Of a stretch of DNA of 64,000 bases, positions 9,864 through 20,005 are shown piece after piece; positions within the stretch are counted from its first letter, which is position 1; every line of letters starts with the position of its first letter. The stretch spans positions 79,247 to 143,246 of the forward strand of contig CAYYIS010000001.1 of NCBI GenBank assembly GCA_964470965.1, read 5' to 3'. The notes under the pieces were generated by a model. It saw only the letters and a list, made by a program, of their open reading frames with translations, had not been told where the DNA came from and searched no databases. Origin of the DNA: an uncultured Gemmatimonadota bacterium. GTDB taxonomy: Bacteria; JAAXHH01; JABIQT01. A program made the translations under genes and the position numbers.

Positions 9864-11078
9864 TCAATGCGATACCGCCGCCGCCGCTTTTTCGCCAACC
9901 AGTGCTTCTTCACGGAAACGGGACAGACGGAATGGGTAGATCAGGTCCGGTGTCCGATTTGTGGCGATTAGTTCCGCTGTCATCTTACCGGCGATGGGAC
10001 CGGCTTTAAAGCCATAGGTTCCCCAGCCCACATCCAACACGTAGCCTTCGACTTCGTCCACCGTGCTGATTATTGGACTGTAGTCCGGTGTCATGTCGCA
10101 CAAACCGGCCCATTGTCGTAGGATGCGGACTTCTTTCAGGCAGGGAAATAACTCAAGAATATGCGACGATGCATGTTCGAGGAACGGGAGCGTGGACCGC
10201 GTGCTGTAGGACGAATACGGATTGATTTCTTCGCCGATCACTAATTCGCCGCGATCGGACTGGCTGACATAAAGGTGCAGCGTGGCGGAAACAATTACCT
10301 TGTCCAGAAATGGCTTCAACGGCTCGGTCACCAAAGCTTGCAAGGGATGGGTCACGATTGGCAGATCAACGCCTACCATCCTGCTGATTGTGGAGCACCA
10401 CCCCGCCGTAGCGTTGACCACCGTCCGCGTTTTAATTACACCTCTGCTTGTATGAACCGCGGCAATCCTAGCGTCCTCCACCGCAATATCCTGCACTTCC
10501 GTAAGTGGGTGGATTTGTACACCCATCCGATCAGCAGCCCTCGCATAGCCCCACACGACTGCGTCATGGCGGATGATGCCCCCCGGTGGATGATACAATG
10601 CCGCAAGAATCGGATATCGGGCTGTGCGGCTAATGTCGATCGCGGGCACCATCTTCTTGATTTCTTCCGGATACACCATGCGGCTGTCCACATCGAGCAA
10701 TGCGTTGTTGTCCGCCCGGACCTGGAGGCCATTGATACCTGTATCCGTATGGGCGAGCGTCATATGGCCGTGTTGAGAGAACAAAAGATTAAAGTCCAGT
10801 TCCTTTCCCAGTTGTTCGTAGATCTTGACGCTTTTATCGTAGAAGGCCACACCTTCCGGTGTCCGGTAGTTGGAACGTATGATGGCGGTGTTCCGCCCGC
10901 TGGCTCCACTGCCTATGTACCACTTGTCCACCACCGCCACGTTTGTGATGCCTTGCTTTGCCAGATAATAGGCGGTCGCCAGGCCATGGAGGCCGCCGCC
11001 GATAATGACCACATCGTAGGTATCATCCAGATCGTAGGAACGCCACATGCGCTCCTTTCTAAAAAGTTGAAACATCAT
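9864..11078 (-). CDS. soxB: sarcosine-oxidase beta-like subunit (N-methylglutamate dehydrogenase mgdA-type)
   Basis: MWRS..YDVVIIGGGLHGLATAYYLAK dinucleotide fold; GGIIRHDAVVWGYARAA. AAGGAG lies before the ATG. Confidence 0.85.
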   Translation of the reverse strand: MMFQLFRKERMWRSYDLDDTYDVVIIGGGLHGLATAYYLAKQGITNVAVVDKWYIGSGASGRNTAIIRSNYRTPEGVAFYDKSVKIYEQLGKELDFNLLFSQHGHMTLAHTDTGINGLQVRADNNALLDVDSRMVYPEEIKKMVPAIDISRTARYPILAALYHPPGGIIRHDAVVWGYARAADRMGVQIHPLTEVQDIAVEDARIAAVHTSRGVIKTRTVVNATAGWCSTISRMVGVDLPIVTHPLQALVTEPLKPFLDKVIVSATLHLYVSQSDRGELVIGEEINPYSSYSTRSTLPFLEHASSHILELFPCLKEVRILRQWAGLCDMTPDYSPIISTVDEVEGYVLDVGWGTYGFKAGPIAGKMTAELIATNRTPDLIYPFRLSRFREEALVGEKAAAAVSH

Positions 11079-11398
11079 GTCTCCTTAGTCAGGAATATTG
11101 AATCCAGCTAATGCATTCCTGGCCAGTATGCTCTCTGACTTTCTGTACCAATTCTTATTTCGTCCGAAAGAATCCGGATCATCGGGAGTATCCGGTCCAG
11201 CGCCTCCCACAATTGCGCAAGCCCCACCTGAAATCAGGAATCATCAGTTCCATTCACATCTGGTGGCAGTCTCGTTGGCCCGATGAATGATTTCGTAAGG
11301 AAGCAAGACGGCAAACATCAATGCAGCATAGGAGTCGATTTCCGTCCCTTTTTCATAAATTTATACGGTTGATGTTGTGGGACATAGACGAGTACCCA

Positions 11399-12079
11399 TT
11401 AGGTATCCAACGTCTGATAGGCCATATATCCGATAGCCTGCAATCCGAAATCCTCTCCAGCATTGCAGACCGCTTTCCAGACGAATTCACCGTAAAAGCG
11501 CGGCACAAGAAGCCAGAATGCGGGCAGATCCGCCAGGTCGTCTCTGACCAGTAGTACGGATACCTTCATGGCAGAACCCTGAAGGCAGGCTCCCGAAGGC
11601 AGGCGCGAGGGCCGTACATCAAGTGGCGTTATCCTGTGCAGCACATCCAGACTGCGCGGCCCCAAAAGCTGCAGAGCGCAGTATACCGAGGTAACGTCCG
11701 TGATATGGAGCCGTTCCTCTCTACCATCAGCCAGTGCCGCCAAGGCGGCGTTGGTAGCGTCCGCTGGAACGATCATAAGCCCTTGGTCGCTACGCAGCCA
11801 GCAGCACAGACCGGTGACACCGTCCGCAACGGTAAGATAAGCCGTTTGTTGAGGCATAACCTCGGTTTTGTATACGCCCGATGACCAGGGGGCAAGTCCT
11901 TTACCGTTGAGTTCTATTTTCCCTACATCACTCCGATCGATCAGCCCTACGGAATCCCGTAACGCAGCTGACTCTTGCTCTGGAAACGTATATCGTTCCG
12001 GAACCAGCCAGCCAGCCCGTTCGGCCATAGTCGCCCCGTGAGTCATGTGGTGGGTATATACGGGGGAATGCTTATGCAA
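11399..12079 (-). CDS. soxG: sarcosine-oxidase gamma-like subunit (mgdD-type)
   Basis: GcvT-like fold, about 226 aa. TTG start 7 nt after AGGAG, 10 nt downstream of the alpha-subunit stop. Confidence 0.7.
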   Translation of the reverse strand: MHKHSPVYTHHMTHGATMAERAGWLVPERYTFPEQESAALRDSVGLIDRSDVGKIELNGKGLAPWSSGVYKTEVMPQQTAYLTVADGVTGLCCWLRSDQGLMIVPADATNAALAALADGREERLHITDVTSVYCALQLLGPRSLDVLHRITPLDVRPSRLPSGACLQGSAMKVSVLLVRDDLADLPAFWLLVPRFYGEFVWKAVCNAGEDFGLQAIGYMAYQTLDT

Positions 12080-12089
12080 AACGGATCTC

Positions 12090-14954
12090 CTATGCCCTTA
12101 ATCGTTCACCTTCCGGATCATAAAACGGCTTGTTGTAAACATGAGCAGACGCATAACCATGATCCAGATGAATCGTTAGCGGCTGCCCTTCCTCTGCCAA
12201 GCCGGATGGCACCCAGGCCATTCCTATACCCCTGCCTACGCCGGGGCTGTAACGGAAGCTGGTGACGCGGCCGACGGAATTACCATTCGCTACGATCGAG
12301 TTGCCGTCCACCACCTCTGCATCTTCGTCCACCATGATGCCCACCAGTTTATTTTTCAGGCCCCGCTCTTTCACTCGCATCAGCGCTGCTTTGCCTATAA
12401 AATCCTTTTTCCTGAAATGTACCACCCAGGACATATCCGCTTCAAGTGGGTTGGACAGCGCGTCCGTATCCTGTCCTACGATGATGTGCTTCTTCTCCAA
12501 ACGTAGCAGCCGTTGAGTATCCACACCAAACGGAGCGATGCCGTTGGGCCTGCCGGCTTCCATCAGCGCATTCCAGAGCGCCGGGCCGTGCGCGGCAGGC
12601 GTATGAATCTCGTACCCCAATTCCCCAACGAAGCCGATGCGCAGCATCAACGCCGGAATGCCCGCGATCTCGCCTTCCGGTGCATCCATGTAAGGGAAGG
12701 CTTTGGTGGACAGGTCCATATCCGTTACGGTAGCCAGTACTTCGCGCGATCGGGGCCCGGCCAGGTTTACAGCGGAATAGCCGGCGGTGACGTTGGTGAC
12801 CGCCACGTCCATATCGGTTCCTGCGGTCCACCACTCCAGCCATTCATGAACGAATTCAACATTGCCGCTCGTCGTGGTGATGAAAAAGTGATCATCCGAA
12901 AGCCGAGTGACGGTGCCATCGTCGACGATGATACCGCTGTCATCACACATCACTCCGTAGCGAACTCGGCCCGGTTTGAGAGTTTTTAAGCGGTTGGTAT
13001 AGACTTTGTCCAGCAGTCGCTCTGCGTCCTTCCCCTTGATGTCCAGTTTGCCCAGCGTTCCCACATCGATAAGGCCTACACGTTCGCGTACTGCTCTGTA
13101 TTCGTCTGTGACAGATGTATAAACCTTCGGTCGCATCCACTGTCCCATGCCCATCTGTTCGGCGCCCAACCCCACGTGCACATGGTGAAGCGGTGTATAC
13201 ATAACCGGCTCTTCGATGGCGCCGGCCAGAGCGCCAAACGAGATCGGTGTCACAGGTGGGCGGGATGTGGTGGTGCCGGTCTCATCGATTGTGCGTCCGG
13301 TCTGACGCGCACACAAGTGGATAGAAGCCATGGCGCACATTCGCCCTTGGCAAGGGCCCATGGACAGCGTGCTGTATCGCTTGAGCGTCTCGATGTGTTC
13401 ATATCCCTCTTCAATGGCGTCACAGATATCTTTTTCGGTTAGATCCTCGCATAGACAAACGAATTTTTTCTTGTCTTTATGGGAAATGGTTATGAGGGAT
13501 GGTGCCTTCTTCGGTTGCTCCTGAAGCTCGGCCGCACGACATCTGAGTTCGTCGCATCGTCCGATAGTCTCTTCATCCCCGAATCCTAGGTCATTCGCTG
13601 CCTGTAGTCCGGCCGCCTGTCCTTCACACTTGTGCGCGTCCGCTCCGTGAGTCCCGTTCACATCACCGGCTACGGCTACGGAAGGCGGTAGTGCACTCGG
13701 TACGAATCTACCGAGCTCCGGATCAAACTTTAATTTTCCGCCGGACTGGTAAATCAACCCCGCCGCCGCTTCAAAGCCAGTTGATACCACGATCAGGTCA
13801 CAGGCGATGTGCTGTTCCGTACCGGGCATTGTGTTCCCATCCGCATTGAGTTGCACGAGGGCTGCGCCATTCACATTTCGCCCCCCGCTGGCTTCAGATA
13901 TTGTATGGCCGTGGAGCATCCGCGCGCCTGATTGCTGCAATGCTTCGGTTACCGGATGATTCGGAAAAACCTCCCGTGCGTCTACCACGGCTTCGATGGT
14001 CACGCCTGCTTCCAGCAGGTCCGCCGCAACCGCCAGCCCGTAGTCGTTATTCGTCACGACCACGGCCCGTTCACCCGCCACGACGCCGTCCAGGTGTAGC
14101 ATCCGCTGTACGCCGCTGCCCAGCATGACGCCGGGGAGATCGTTGTTCTTGAAGATCAGCGGATGCTCGAACATCCCAGTCGCTATGATGGTTCGCTTTG
14201 TCCGGATCTGGATTACCCGTTCTCCCTGCACAACGCCGACCAGGTCACCTTCGTAGAAACCGAACGCGGTGGCATTCAGAAACGTCTCGATGTTCGGTTC
14301 TGTCGCCAACTCCGCTGCTAGCGCCCGTGCGCTGTCTTCCGTCCGTCCGAACCTGAGGTGTCCCCCAATTGACGTCTGATCGTCCACCAGCACCACTTCC
14401 GCCCCGGCCCGTGCCGCTTGCAGGGCCGCCGAGATGCCGGCTGGGCCGCCACCAATCACCATTACATCCGAATGTCGGTATTCTTTCCGATAATCATGCT
14501 CCGGTACCGTCTCTATGTCGACCTCTCCAAGCCCTGCTATTCGTCGGATAACCGACTCGTACACCGGCCAAAGCCACCGCGGCCGGATCATGCTCTTGTA
14601 GTAGAAACCCACCGGCATTAACGCTCCAAACGCCTGGATCGCCGAAAATACATCCGTCTCCACCGATGGCCAGGCGTTCTGCCCATGGATCTTCTGTCCT
14701 TCCTGCACCGGCGTCATACATGCCCGGACATTGGGTTCGCCATTCACGTTCACCATACAATTGGGACACCTACCGGCCATACAAAGTAACCCGCGCGGCC
14801 GATGGTATTTGAAACTTCGGCTGAATATCCGAACCCCAGCCCCATACATCGCCCCTGCGATCGTCTGCCCCTCTCGGGCAAGGATCTGGCGGCCTTCATA
14901 GGCGATGGAGACCGGTGCAGGATTTTCTACCTCTTTGTTCTCTAGGTGGTTCAA
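12090..14954 (-). CDS. soxA: sarcosine-oxidase alpha-like subunit (mgdC-type)
   Basis: 954 aa. N-terminal 2Fe-2S-like segment (HRPRGLLCMAGRCPNCMVNVNGEPNVRAC), FAD/NAD fold (VMVIGGGPAGISAAL), C-terminal aminomethyltransferase (GcvT) domain. Confidence 0.9.
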   Translation of the reverse strand: MNHLENKEVENPAPVSIAYEGRQILAREGQTIAGAMYGAGVRIFSRSFKYHRPRGLLCMAGRCPNCMVNVNGEPNVRACMTPVQEGQKIHGQNAWPSVETDVFSAIQAFGALMPVGFYYKSMIRPRWLWPVYESVIRRIAGLGEVDIETVPEHDYRKEYRHSDVMVIGGGPAGISAALQAARAGAEVVLVDDQTSIGGHLRFGRTEDSARALAAELATEPNIETFLNATAFGFYEGDLVGVVQGERVIQIRTKRTIIATGMFEHPLIFKNNDLPGVMLGSGVQRMLHLDGVVAGERAVVVTNNDYGLAVAADLLEAGVTIEAVVDAREVFPNHPVTEALQQSGARMLHGHTISEASGGRNVNGAALVQLNADGNTMPGTEQHIACDLIVVSTGFEAAAGLIYQSGGKLKFDPELGRFVPSALPPSVAVAGDVNGTHGADAHKCEGQAAGLQAANDLGFGDEETIGRCDELRCRAAELQEQPKKAPSLITISHKDKKKFVCLCEDLTEKDICDAIEEGYEHIETLKRYSTLSMGPCQGRMCAMASIHLCARQTGRTIDETGTTTSRPPVTPISFGALAGAIEEPVMYTPLHHVHVGLGAEQMGMGQWMRPKVYTSVTDEYRAVRERVGLIDVGTLGKLDIKGKDAERLLDKVYTNRLKTLKPGRVRYGVMCDDSGIIVDDGTVTRLSDDHFFITTTSGNVEFVHEWLEWWTAGTDMDVAVTNVTAGYSAVNLAGPRSREVLATVTDMDLSTKAFPYMDAPEGEIAGIPALMLRIGFVGELGYEIHTPAAHGPALWNALMEAGRPNGIAPFGVDTQRLLRLEKKHIIVGQDTDALSNPLEADMSWVVHFRKKDFIGKAALMRVKERGLKNKLVGIMVDEDAEVVDGNSIVANGNSVGRVTSFRYSPGVGRGIGMAWVPSGLAEEGQPLTIHLDHGYASAHVYNKPFYDPEGERLRA

Positions 14955-15036
14955 TATCGAATAACTCCGTGTTGTGATTGACGAATTGTACGATCATTCC
15001 GTGTCTTCTGGATTATCCCGGTAATCAAACAATCCG

Positions 15037-15294
15037 TCAACCCATTCGCTGTCTCTCTGACTCTATAATCTCATTCTTTGCCGTATCCCTCATCGCCTGA
15101 AACCAGATCTTACATCCCGATCGATGGTGCCACCACTCTGCCTGGCGCCCTGATTCGTTTTTTCGGATGTAGAGATAATCCGTCCACGTCTCCCCGGATG
15201 CGGACACATCAGGCCGTTCCTGCACCTCTCCGCCGAATCTGAATTCATAGACGTTGCGCGGTCCGCAGATGGGACAGGTAATTAGAAATGACAT
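15037..15294 (-). CDS. soxD: sarcosine-oxidase delta-like subunit (mgdB-type)
   Basis: MSFLITCPICGPRNVYEFRFGGE... zinc-ribbon N-terminus typical of SoxD. I chose the internal ATG over the longer ORF start. Confidence 0.8.
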   Translation of the reverse strand: MSFLITCPICGPRNVYEFRFGGEVQERPDVSASGETWTDYLYIRKNESGRQAEWWHHRSGCKIWFQAMRDTAKNEIIESERQRMG

Positions 15295-15434
15295 GACTGC
15301 CTTTCTGTTGGGATTAAACGGTAAAGCTAGACTGAAATTAAAGTGCGGTACGGTGTTTCCCCTGGAAGGAGGCCCCACCGTCTCGGGAGTGATAACGTAA
15401 TTTATACCGGGTAACGCGCCAATTCATCAGTCTG

Positions 15435-16805
15435 TTAATCATCTTTCTCGTTCCACCCCGGCCCGCCGCCGAACACCCTTCTCGTTCCTACCAGTGGGAT
15501 GCCCGTAATCATGGAGGCTTCCAGGGTGAGGGCGCGCATATCTTCAGGTTCCAGATCATGGACGTCCGCTTTACCGCAGGCGCGGGCGAGCATCTGGATT
15601 TCCATGATAGTGGCGGAGAGAAAGTTGGCGGCCCGTTCCGCGGCTTCATCGATAGGCAGGCGCTTCATTAATTCCGGATCTTGGGTGGCGATGCCTACCG
15701 GACACATGCCGGTGTGGCAGTGGTGACAGGCGTGGGGTTCCGCGCCGAGGGCGTGGTAGTCCTCTTCATAGATCGGCTTGTTGCAGTTCAAAGCGATGAG
15801 TGCCGCAGTCCCTACATATATGGCATCCGCACCAAGCGCCATGGCTTTGGCGGCATCGACACCGTTGCGTATGCCGCCTGCGATAATGAGCTGTACCTCT
15901 CCATACAGTTTCATGTCCTCCAGCGCCTCACGGGCCTCACAGACCGCTGCCAGCGTCGGGATGCCGGTATGGTCCATCAGGATATCCGGCGAGGCGCCGG
16001 TGCCGCCTTCCATGCCGTCTATCGCGATAATATCTGCCCCGGCTTTCGCCGCCAGCTTAACGTCATCATATACACGCGATGCGCCTATTTTTACGATGAT
16101 CGGTACCTGCCAGTCGGTGGCCTCCCGCAGTTCTTCAATTTTGATAATCATGTCGTCCGGCCCCAGCATATCCGGATGCCGGCACGGACTCCGCTGATCC
16201 ACGCCCACCGGTAAATCCCGCATTTCCGCGATTTGGTTCGACACTTTGGAGCCCAGGAGCAAACCACCGGTTCCTGGTTTGGCACCCTGGCCAATGGTTA
16301 ATTCAATCCCGTCCGCCATCTGCAGGTGATGGACGTTGCATCCGTATCTGCTTGGCAGCACCTCGTAGATCAGAATTTCCGAGTTCTCTCGCTCCGCCGG
16401 AAGCATGCCACCGTCACCGGTGGTGGTGGAGGTGCCCATTTTTGTGGCGGCCCGTCCCAGCGCCACCTTGGCGTTGTATGAAAGGGCGCCGAAACTCATG
16501 CCGGTTATCATAACCGGAATATCGAGCTCGATCGGTTGTTTCGCGTATCGAGTACCCAGGACTGTCTTTGTGTCGCAGCGCTCGCGGTATCCCTCTAGTG
16601 GAATGCGGGTCAGCGTACAGGGGATGAAAGTCAGGTCGTCCAACGAGGGCAGCGCCCGTTGCCGCAGTGTCCCGAACCCCCGTAACCGGTACCTTCCGAG
16701 ATCCGCTTTCTCCTGCACCTCCGCGATCGCCTGCGGACTCCATAGCGCTCCCTGCCGTAGGACCCTCACCTCCTCCGGTGTATGCTCTGTCTGGTGCTCA
16801 CTCAC
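15435..16805 (-). CDS. mgsC: glutamate-synthase FMN-domain protein (N-methylglutamate synthase subunit C-like)
   Basis: GltB domain-2 homology (GQGAKPGTGGLL, DGMEGGTGASP). Confidence 0.85.
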   Translation of the reverse strand: MSEHQTEHTPEEVRVLRQGALWSPQAIAEVQEKADLGRYRLRGFGTLRQRALPSLDDLTFIPCTLTRIPLEGYRERCDTKTVLGTRYAKQPIELDIPVMITGMSFGALSYNAKVALGRAATKMGTSTTTGDGGMLPAERENSEILIYEVLPSRYGCNVHHLQMADGIELTIGQGAKPGTGGLLLGSKVSNQIAEMRDLPVGVDQRSPCRHPDMLGPDDMIIKIEELREATDWQVPIIVKIGASRVYDDVKLAAKAGADIIAIDGMEGGTGASPDILMDHTGIPTLAAVCEAREALEDMKLYGEVQLIIAGGIRNGVDAAKAMALGADAIYVGTAALIALNCNKPIYEEDYHALGAEPHACHHCHTGMCPVGIATQDPELMKRLPIDEAAERAANFLSATIMEIQMLARACGKADVHDLEPEDMRALTLEASMITGIPLVGTRRVFGGGPGWNEKDD

Positions 16806-16851
16806 TTTGGGAAATCCCCTCTATTTTAGTTTGTTAGTCCGTCACTCCTGA

Positions 16852-17541
16852 TCACAGCGCCGATTTCCACACGTTCCACTCACGTTTATCAAAATTCCAC
16901 AATTTCCTGCCGGAGACAATCTTCCTGAATGCCCCGGGATGTTCGATGCCGAAGCTGGAGAGTTGGTTCGAAATCATAGACTGATCCTCGTCGCTCGGAG
17001 CCTCATCTACCGCGTCGTGCCCCAGCTCCGTGATGTGGCCGGCCACGAAGATGACGCCTTCGTACAGAGAATCGCCGATACCTTCACCGGCGTCGCCACA
17101 CACAATCATTGTTCCTTGCTGCATCATAAATCCGCTCATATAACCCACGTTGCCGCCGACGATCACAGTGCCGCCTTTCATGGCAATGCCGCACCGGGCC
17201 GCCGCGTTGCCGTTGATAACAACGCTGCCGCCCCTGATGGACGCGGCGGCGCCATTGCCGGCGTGTCCGTCGACCATGATGGTACCGTCCATCATACCTT
17301 CACCCACGCCCCATCCGGCACTGCCGTGGATTGCGACTGTTGGGCCGTCTATCAGTCCGGCGCAGTAATAGCCGACGCTGCCATCTATTTCCAGTTGTAC
17401 CGGCTGGACGAGTCCGACACCGATATTGTGCTGGGCGGAAGGGTTGGTAATGCGGACGGCTTCGGCTCCCTCCGCGATATGTTGTCTGATGCCGCGATTG
17501 ATTTCCCGAACGTTTGTGTCCGTACCGTCGATGGTATTCAT
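16852..17541 (-). CDS. mgsB: GXGXG-motif glutamate-synthase domain-3 protein (N-methylglutamate synthase subunit B-like)
   Basis: Repeated GxGxG beta-helix motifs (GSAGWGVGEG, GHAGNGAAAS, GNVGYMSGFMM, GDAGEGIGDSLYEG). Confidence 0.85.
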   Translation of the reverse strand: MNTIDGTDTNVREINRGIRQHIAEGAEAVRITNPSAQHNIGVGLVQPVQLEIDGSVGYYCAGLIDGPTVAIHGSAGWGVGEGMMDGTIMVDGHAGNGAAASIRGGSVVINGNAAARCGIAMKGGTVIVGGNVGYMSGFMMQQGTMIVCGDAGEGIGDSLYEGVIFVAGHITELGHDAVDEAPSDEDQSMISNQLSSFGIEHPGAFRKIVSGRKLWNFDKREWNVWKSAL

Positions 17542-18470
17542 GCGGCCTCCAGTTTTTCCGAGGGGCCGGTCAGCCGCCAGGTGCGGATGGCACCCGGCTG
17601 GGGTTCAAGCGCCTGTACGTCCTGTCCGAAAACAGCACACAATGCCTGCTCTTCGGTGGCTATGGCCACGTAGGCTTCTGTCTCAAGAACCGTCAACGGC
17701 TTTAAACCGAACGGATCTTTTGCGAACCCTAACTGATCACCTGAAGCAGCCAGGTAGCAGAACGACCCATCGAAGTCCTGCATGGATGCTTTCAGCGCTT
17801 CATCGAAACTCATTCCCTGCGACATGCACATTTTCAGATAGATGCCGATAATTTCGGAGTCGTTTTCGGTATAGAAGCGGATGCCCCGCATTTCATACTG
17901 ACGGCGCAGCTTATGGTAGTTTGTGATGTGTCCATTGTGCGCCACCGCTATATCGAGCGTGCCGTGAGCCCAGAACGGTTGTGAATGGCTCAGGTCGACT
18001 CTGCTCTCGGTAGAGAGACGCGTGTGTCCAATCGCGTGTGTGCCGGCAAAACCCTGTACGCCGTACGTCGAATCCAGATTCGCCGGAGACCCGACCTGCT
18101 TCACTATCTCCAAACTATGTCCCATGCTGACCACTTCAATCTCAGGATGCACGGCTTCCAGCGTCCGTTCCATCTCCATGGGATCCCCATTGAAAGAAGC
18201 TTCGATCCGCAGATATGAGCCTGTCACTGACGACTCAATCACATCCGCACACGCGGCCGCTTGTGCAATTACGGCCTCCGCCCTACCTGCCGGCGCTTCA
18301 TGGTCACTCAGTTTTACCCTTAGAAGGAGGCCCGAACCGCGAGTATTAAAGGCCGCAATTCCGGCTGAATCCGGTCCGCGGCGCCCCAGCGCATTTAGCA
18401 TGCCGAGCATGGTAGGTCCTATAGGACCTGCCGAGCCGGATCTGTCGATATATCCGACGATTCCGCACAT
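17538..18470 (-). CDS. mgsA: class II (Ntn) glutamine-amidotransferase-like protein (N-methylglutamate synthase subunit A-like)
   Basis: MCGIVGY N-terminal nucleophile Cys. 4-nt overlap with the downstream GXGXG gene. Confidence 0.85.
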   Translation of the reverse strand: MCGIVGYIDRSGSAGPIGPTMLGMLNALGRRGPDSAGIAAFNTRGSGLLLRVKLSDHEAPAGRAEAVIAQAAACADVIESSVTGSYLRIEASFNGDPMEMERTLEAVHPEIEVVSMGHSLEIVKQVGSPANLDSTYGVQGFAGTHAIGHTRLSTESRVDLSHSQPFWAHGTLDIAVAHNGHITNYHKLRRQYEMRGIRFYTENDSEIIGIYLKMCMSQGMSFDEALKASMQDFDGSFCYLAASGDQLGFAKDPFGLKPLTVLETEAYVAIATEEQALCAVFGQDVQALEPQPGAIRTWRLTGPSEKLEAA

Positions 18471-18639
18471 GTTTCAACTCCTGTAATTTGGGACAACTTT
18501 TATGATATCCAACACAGGTAAGTGTACGGCGGTGGAGGATCATTGTCAATACGAATTGTCATGATATTATCTCTGGTTGACAGCGTCTATTCCTGCCTGT
18601 ACCTTTGACACTGAAATCGTCACAATTAGGAAGGTGCAT

Positions 18640-19968
18640 TTGAAACGTTCAACACAAGCTAATATCATAACAGAACTACCGGGACCGAATGCCCGCTCCT
18701 GGATAGAGAAAGACGAGCAATACATCTCCCGGTCGTATACACGTTCCTACCCGTCCGTAATCGAACGCGGGGAGGGGGTAACCGTATGGGATGTGGACGG
18801 CAATCGATATCTCGATTTCAACGCGGGCATCGCGGTTTGCTCCACTGGCCATTGTCATCCCGATGTGGTGACGGCCATTCAGGAGCAAGCCGGGAAATTA
18901 ATCCATATGTCGGGCACCGACTTCTACTACCCGGTGCAGATTGAGCTGGCGGAGTTGCTGGCGGAGATAGCGCCCGGGGATCATGACAAGCGGGTTTTCT
19001 TCTCGAATTCAGGTGCGGAATCGATTGAGTGTGCGTTCAAGCTGGCCCGATATGCTACCGGGCGGGATAAGGTGATAGCATTCCATGGTGGATTCCATGG
19101 GCGCACGTTCGGCGCTTTGTCTCTCACCGACAGTAAGCCGGTACAGAAGAAAGGTTTTGGGCCTCTCATACCGGGTGTGATCCATATCCCTTACGGCTAC
19201 TGTTATAGATGTGCGTATCAGCAGACATATCCCTCTTGCGAACTGGCGTGTGTCTCACATCTTGAAAAGGTCATCTTCAAGCATGGTGTGGCGCCGGACG
19301 AGGTTGCTGCCATACTCGTGGAGCCGATTCAGGGTGAAGGTGGGTATGTGGCGCCGCCTGGGGATTATCATCAGGCGCTCAGAGACATCGCGGACCGGCA
19401 CGGGATTCTATTTATTGCCGATGAGGTGCAGACAGGCATCGGTCGTGCCGGAACCATGTTCGCTATTGAGCAGTGGGGGGTAGTGCCGGATATCATCACA
19501 CTGGCCAAAGGCATCGCCTCCGGCATGCCTTTGGGCGCTACAATCGCACGGTCGGACCTTATGAGCTGGGAGCCGGGTACCCACGCCAGCACCTTCGGCG
19601 GTAACCCGGTCGCGAGTGCTGCCGGTCTGGCGACCATCAGACTGATCCGAGATCGATATCTCGACAACGTCAATCGGATGGGGTCCAGGCTGATAGCCGG
19701 TCTCGAGGTCCTCAAGGGCCGGTTTGACTGTATCGGTGATATCCGCGGTAGGGGATTGATGGTTGGTGTAGAAATGGTCAAGAATCGTGACACCCGCCAG
19801 CCTGACGCCGAGCTGGTAGACCGTCTCCTGACCCGTTGCTTTGAAAAAGGCCTGCTTATCCTTAGCTGTGGCGCCAGCACCGTCCGCTTTATGCCCCCAC
19901 TGATCGTTGATGAGGCCGGAATTGATGAAGCGCTGAAGATATTTGGTGACGTCTTGAAAGAGGACTGA
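18640..19968 (+). CDS. class III PLP aminotransferase (GabT / acetylornithine aminotransferase-like)
   Basis: GIAVCSTGHCHP, FIADEVQTGIGRAG, PLP-Lys context DIITLAKGIASG. Start is uncertain: GTG 18634 or TTG 18640 after AGGAAGG; the ORF is open from 18577. Confidence 0.8.
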   Translation: MKRSTQANIITELPGPNARSWIEKDEQYISRSYTRSYPSVIERGEGVTVWDVDGNRYLDFNAGIAVCSTGHCHPDVVTAIQEQAGKLIHMSGTDFYYPVQIELAELLAEIAPGDHDKRVFFSNSGAESIECAFKLARYATGRDKVIAFHGGFHGRTFGALSLTDSKPVQKKGFGPLIPGVIHIPYGYCYRCAYQQTYPSCELACVSHLEKVIFKHGVAPDEVAAILVEPIQGEGGYVAPPGDYHQALRDIADRHGILFIADEVQTGIGRAGTMFAIEQWGVVPDIITLAKGIASGMPLGATIARSDLMSWEPGTHASTFGGNPVASAAGLATIRLIRDRYLDNVNRMGSRLIAGLEVLKGRFDCIGDIRGRGLMVGVEMVKNRDTRQPDAELVDRLLTRCFEKGLLILSCGASTVRFMPPLIVDEAGIDEALKIFGDVLKED

Positions 19969-20005
19969 TGTTTAAACAGTGAACCAGCCATCAAATGGAG
20001 TTTCC

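Noticed and set aside
10275-11111. Long plus-strand ORF (278 aa) opposite the soxB-like gene. Similar long antisense ORFs occur at 16939-17673, 30554-31312, 34831-35595, 48317-49042 and 52004-52903.
   Set aside because: Each lies entirely antisense to a gene with strong family motifs. Their translations are low-complexity and Arg/His/Pro-rich with no recognisable motifs. These are typical shadow ORFs of GC-rich coding DNA.
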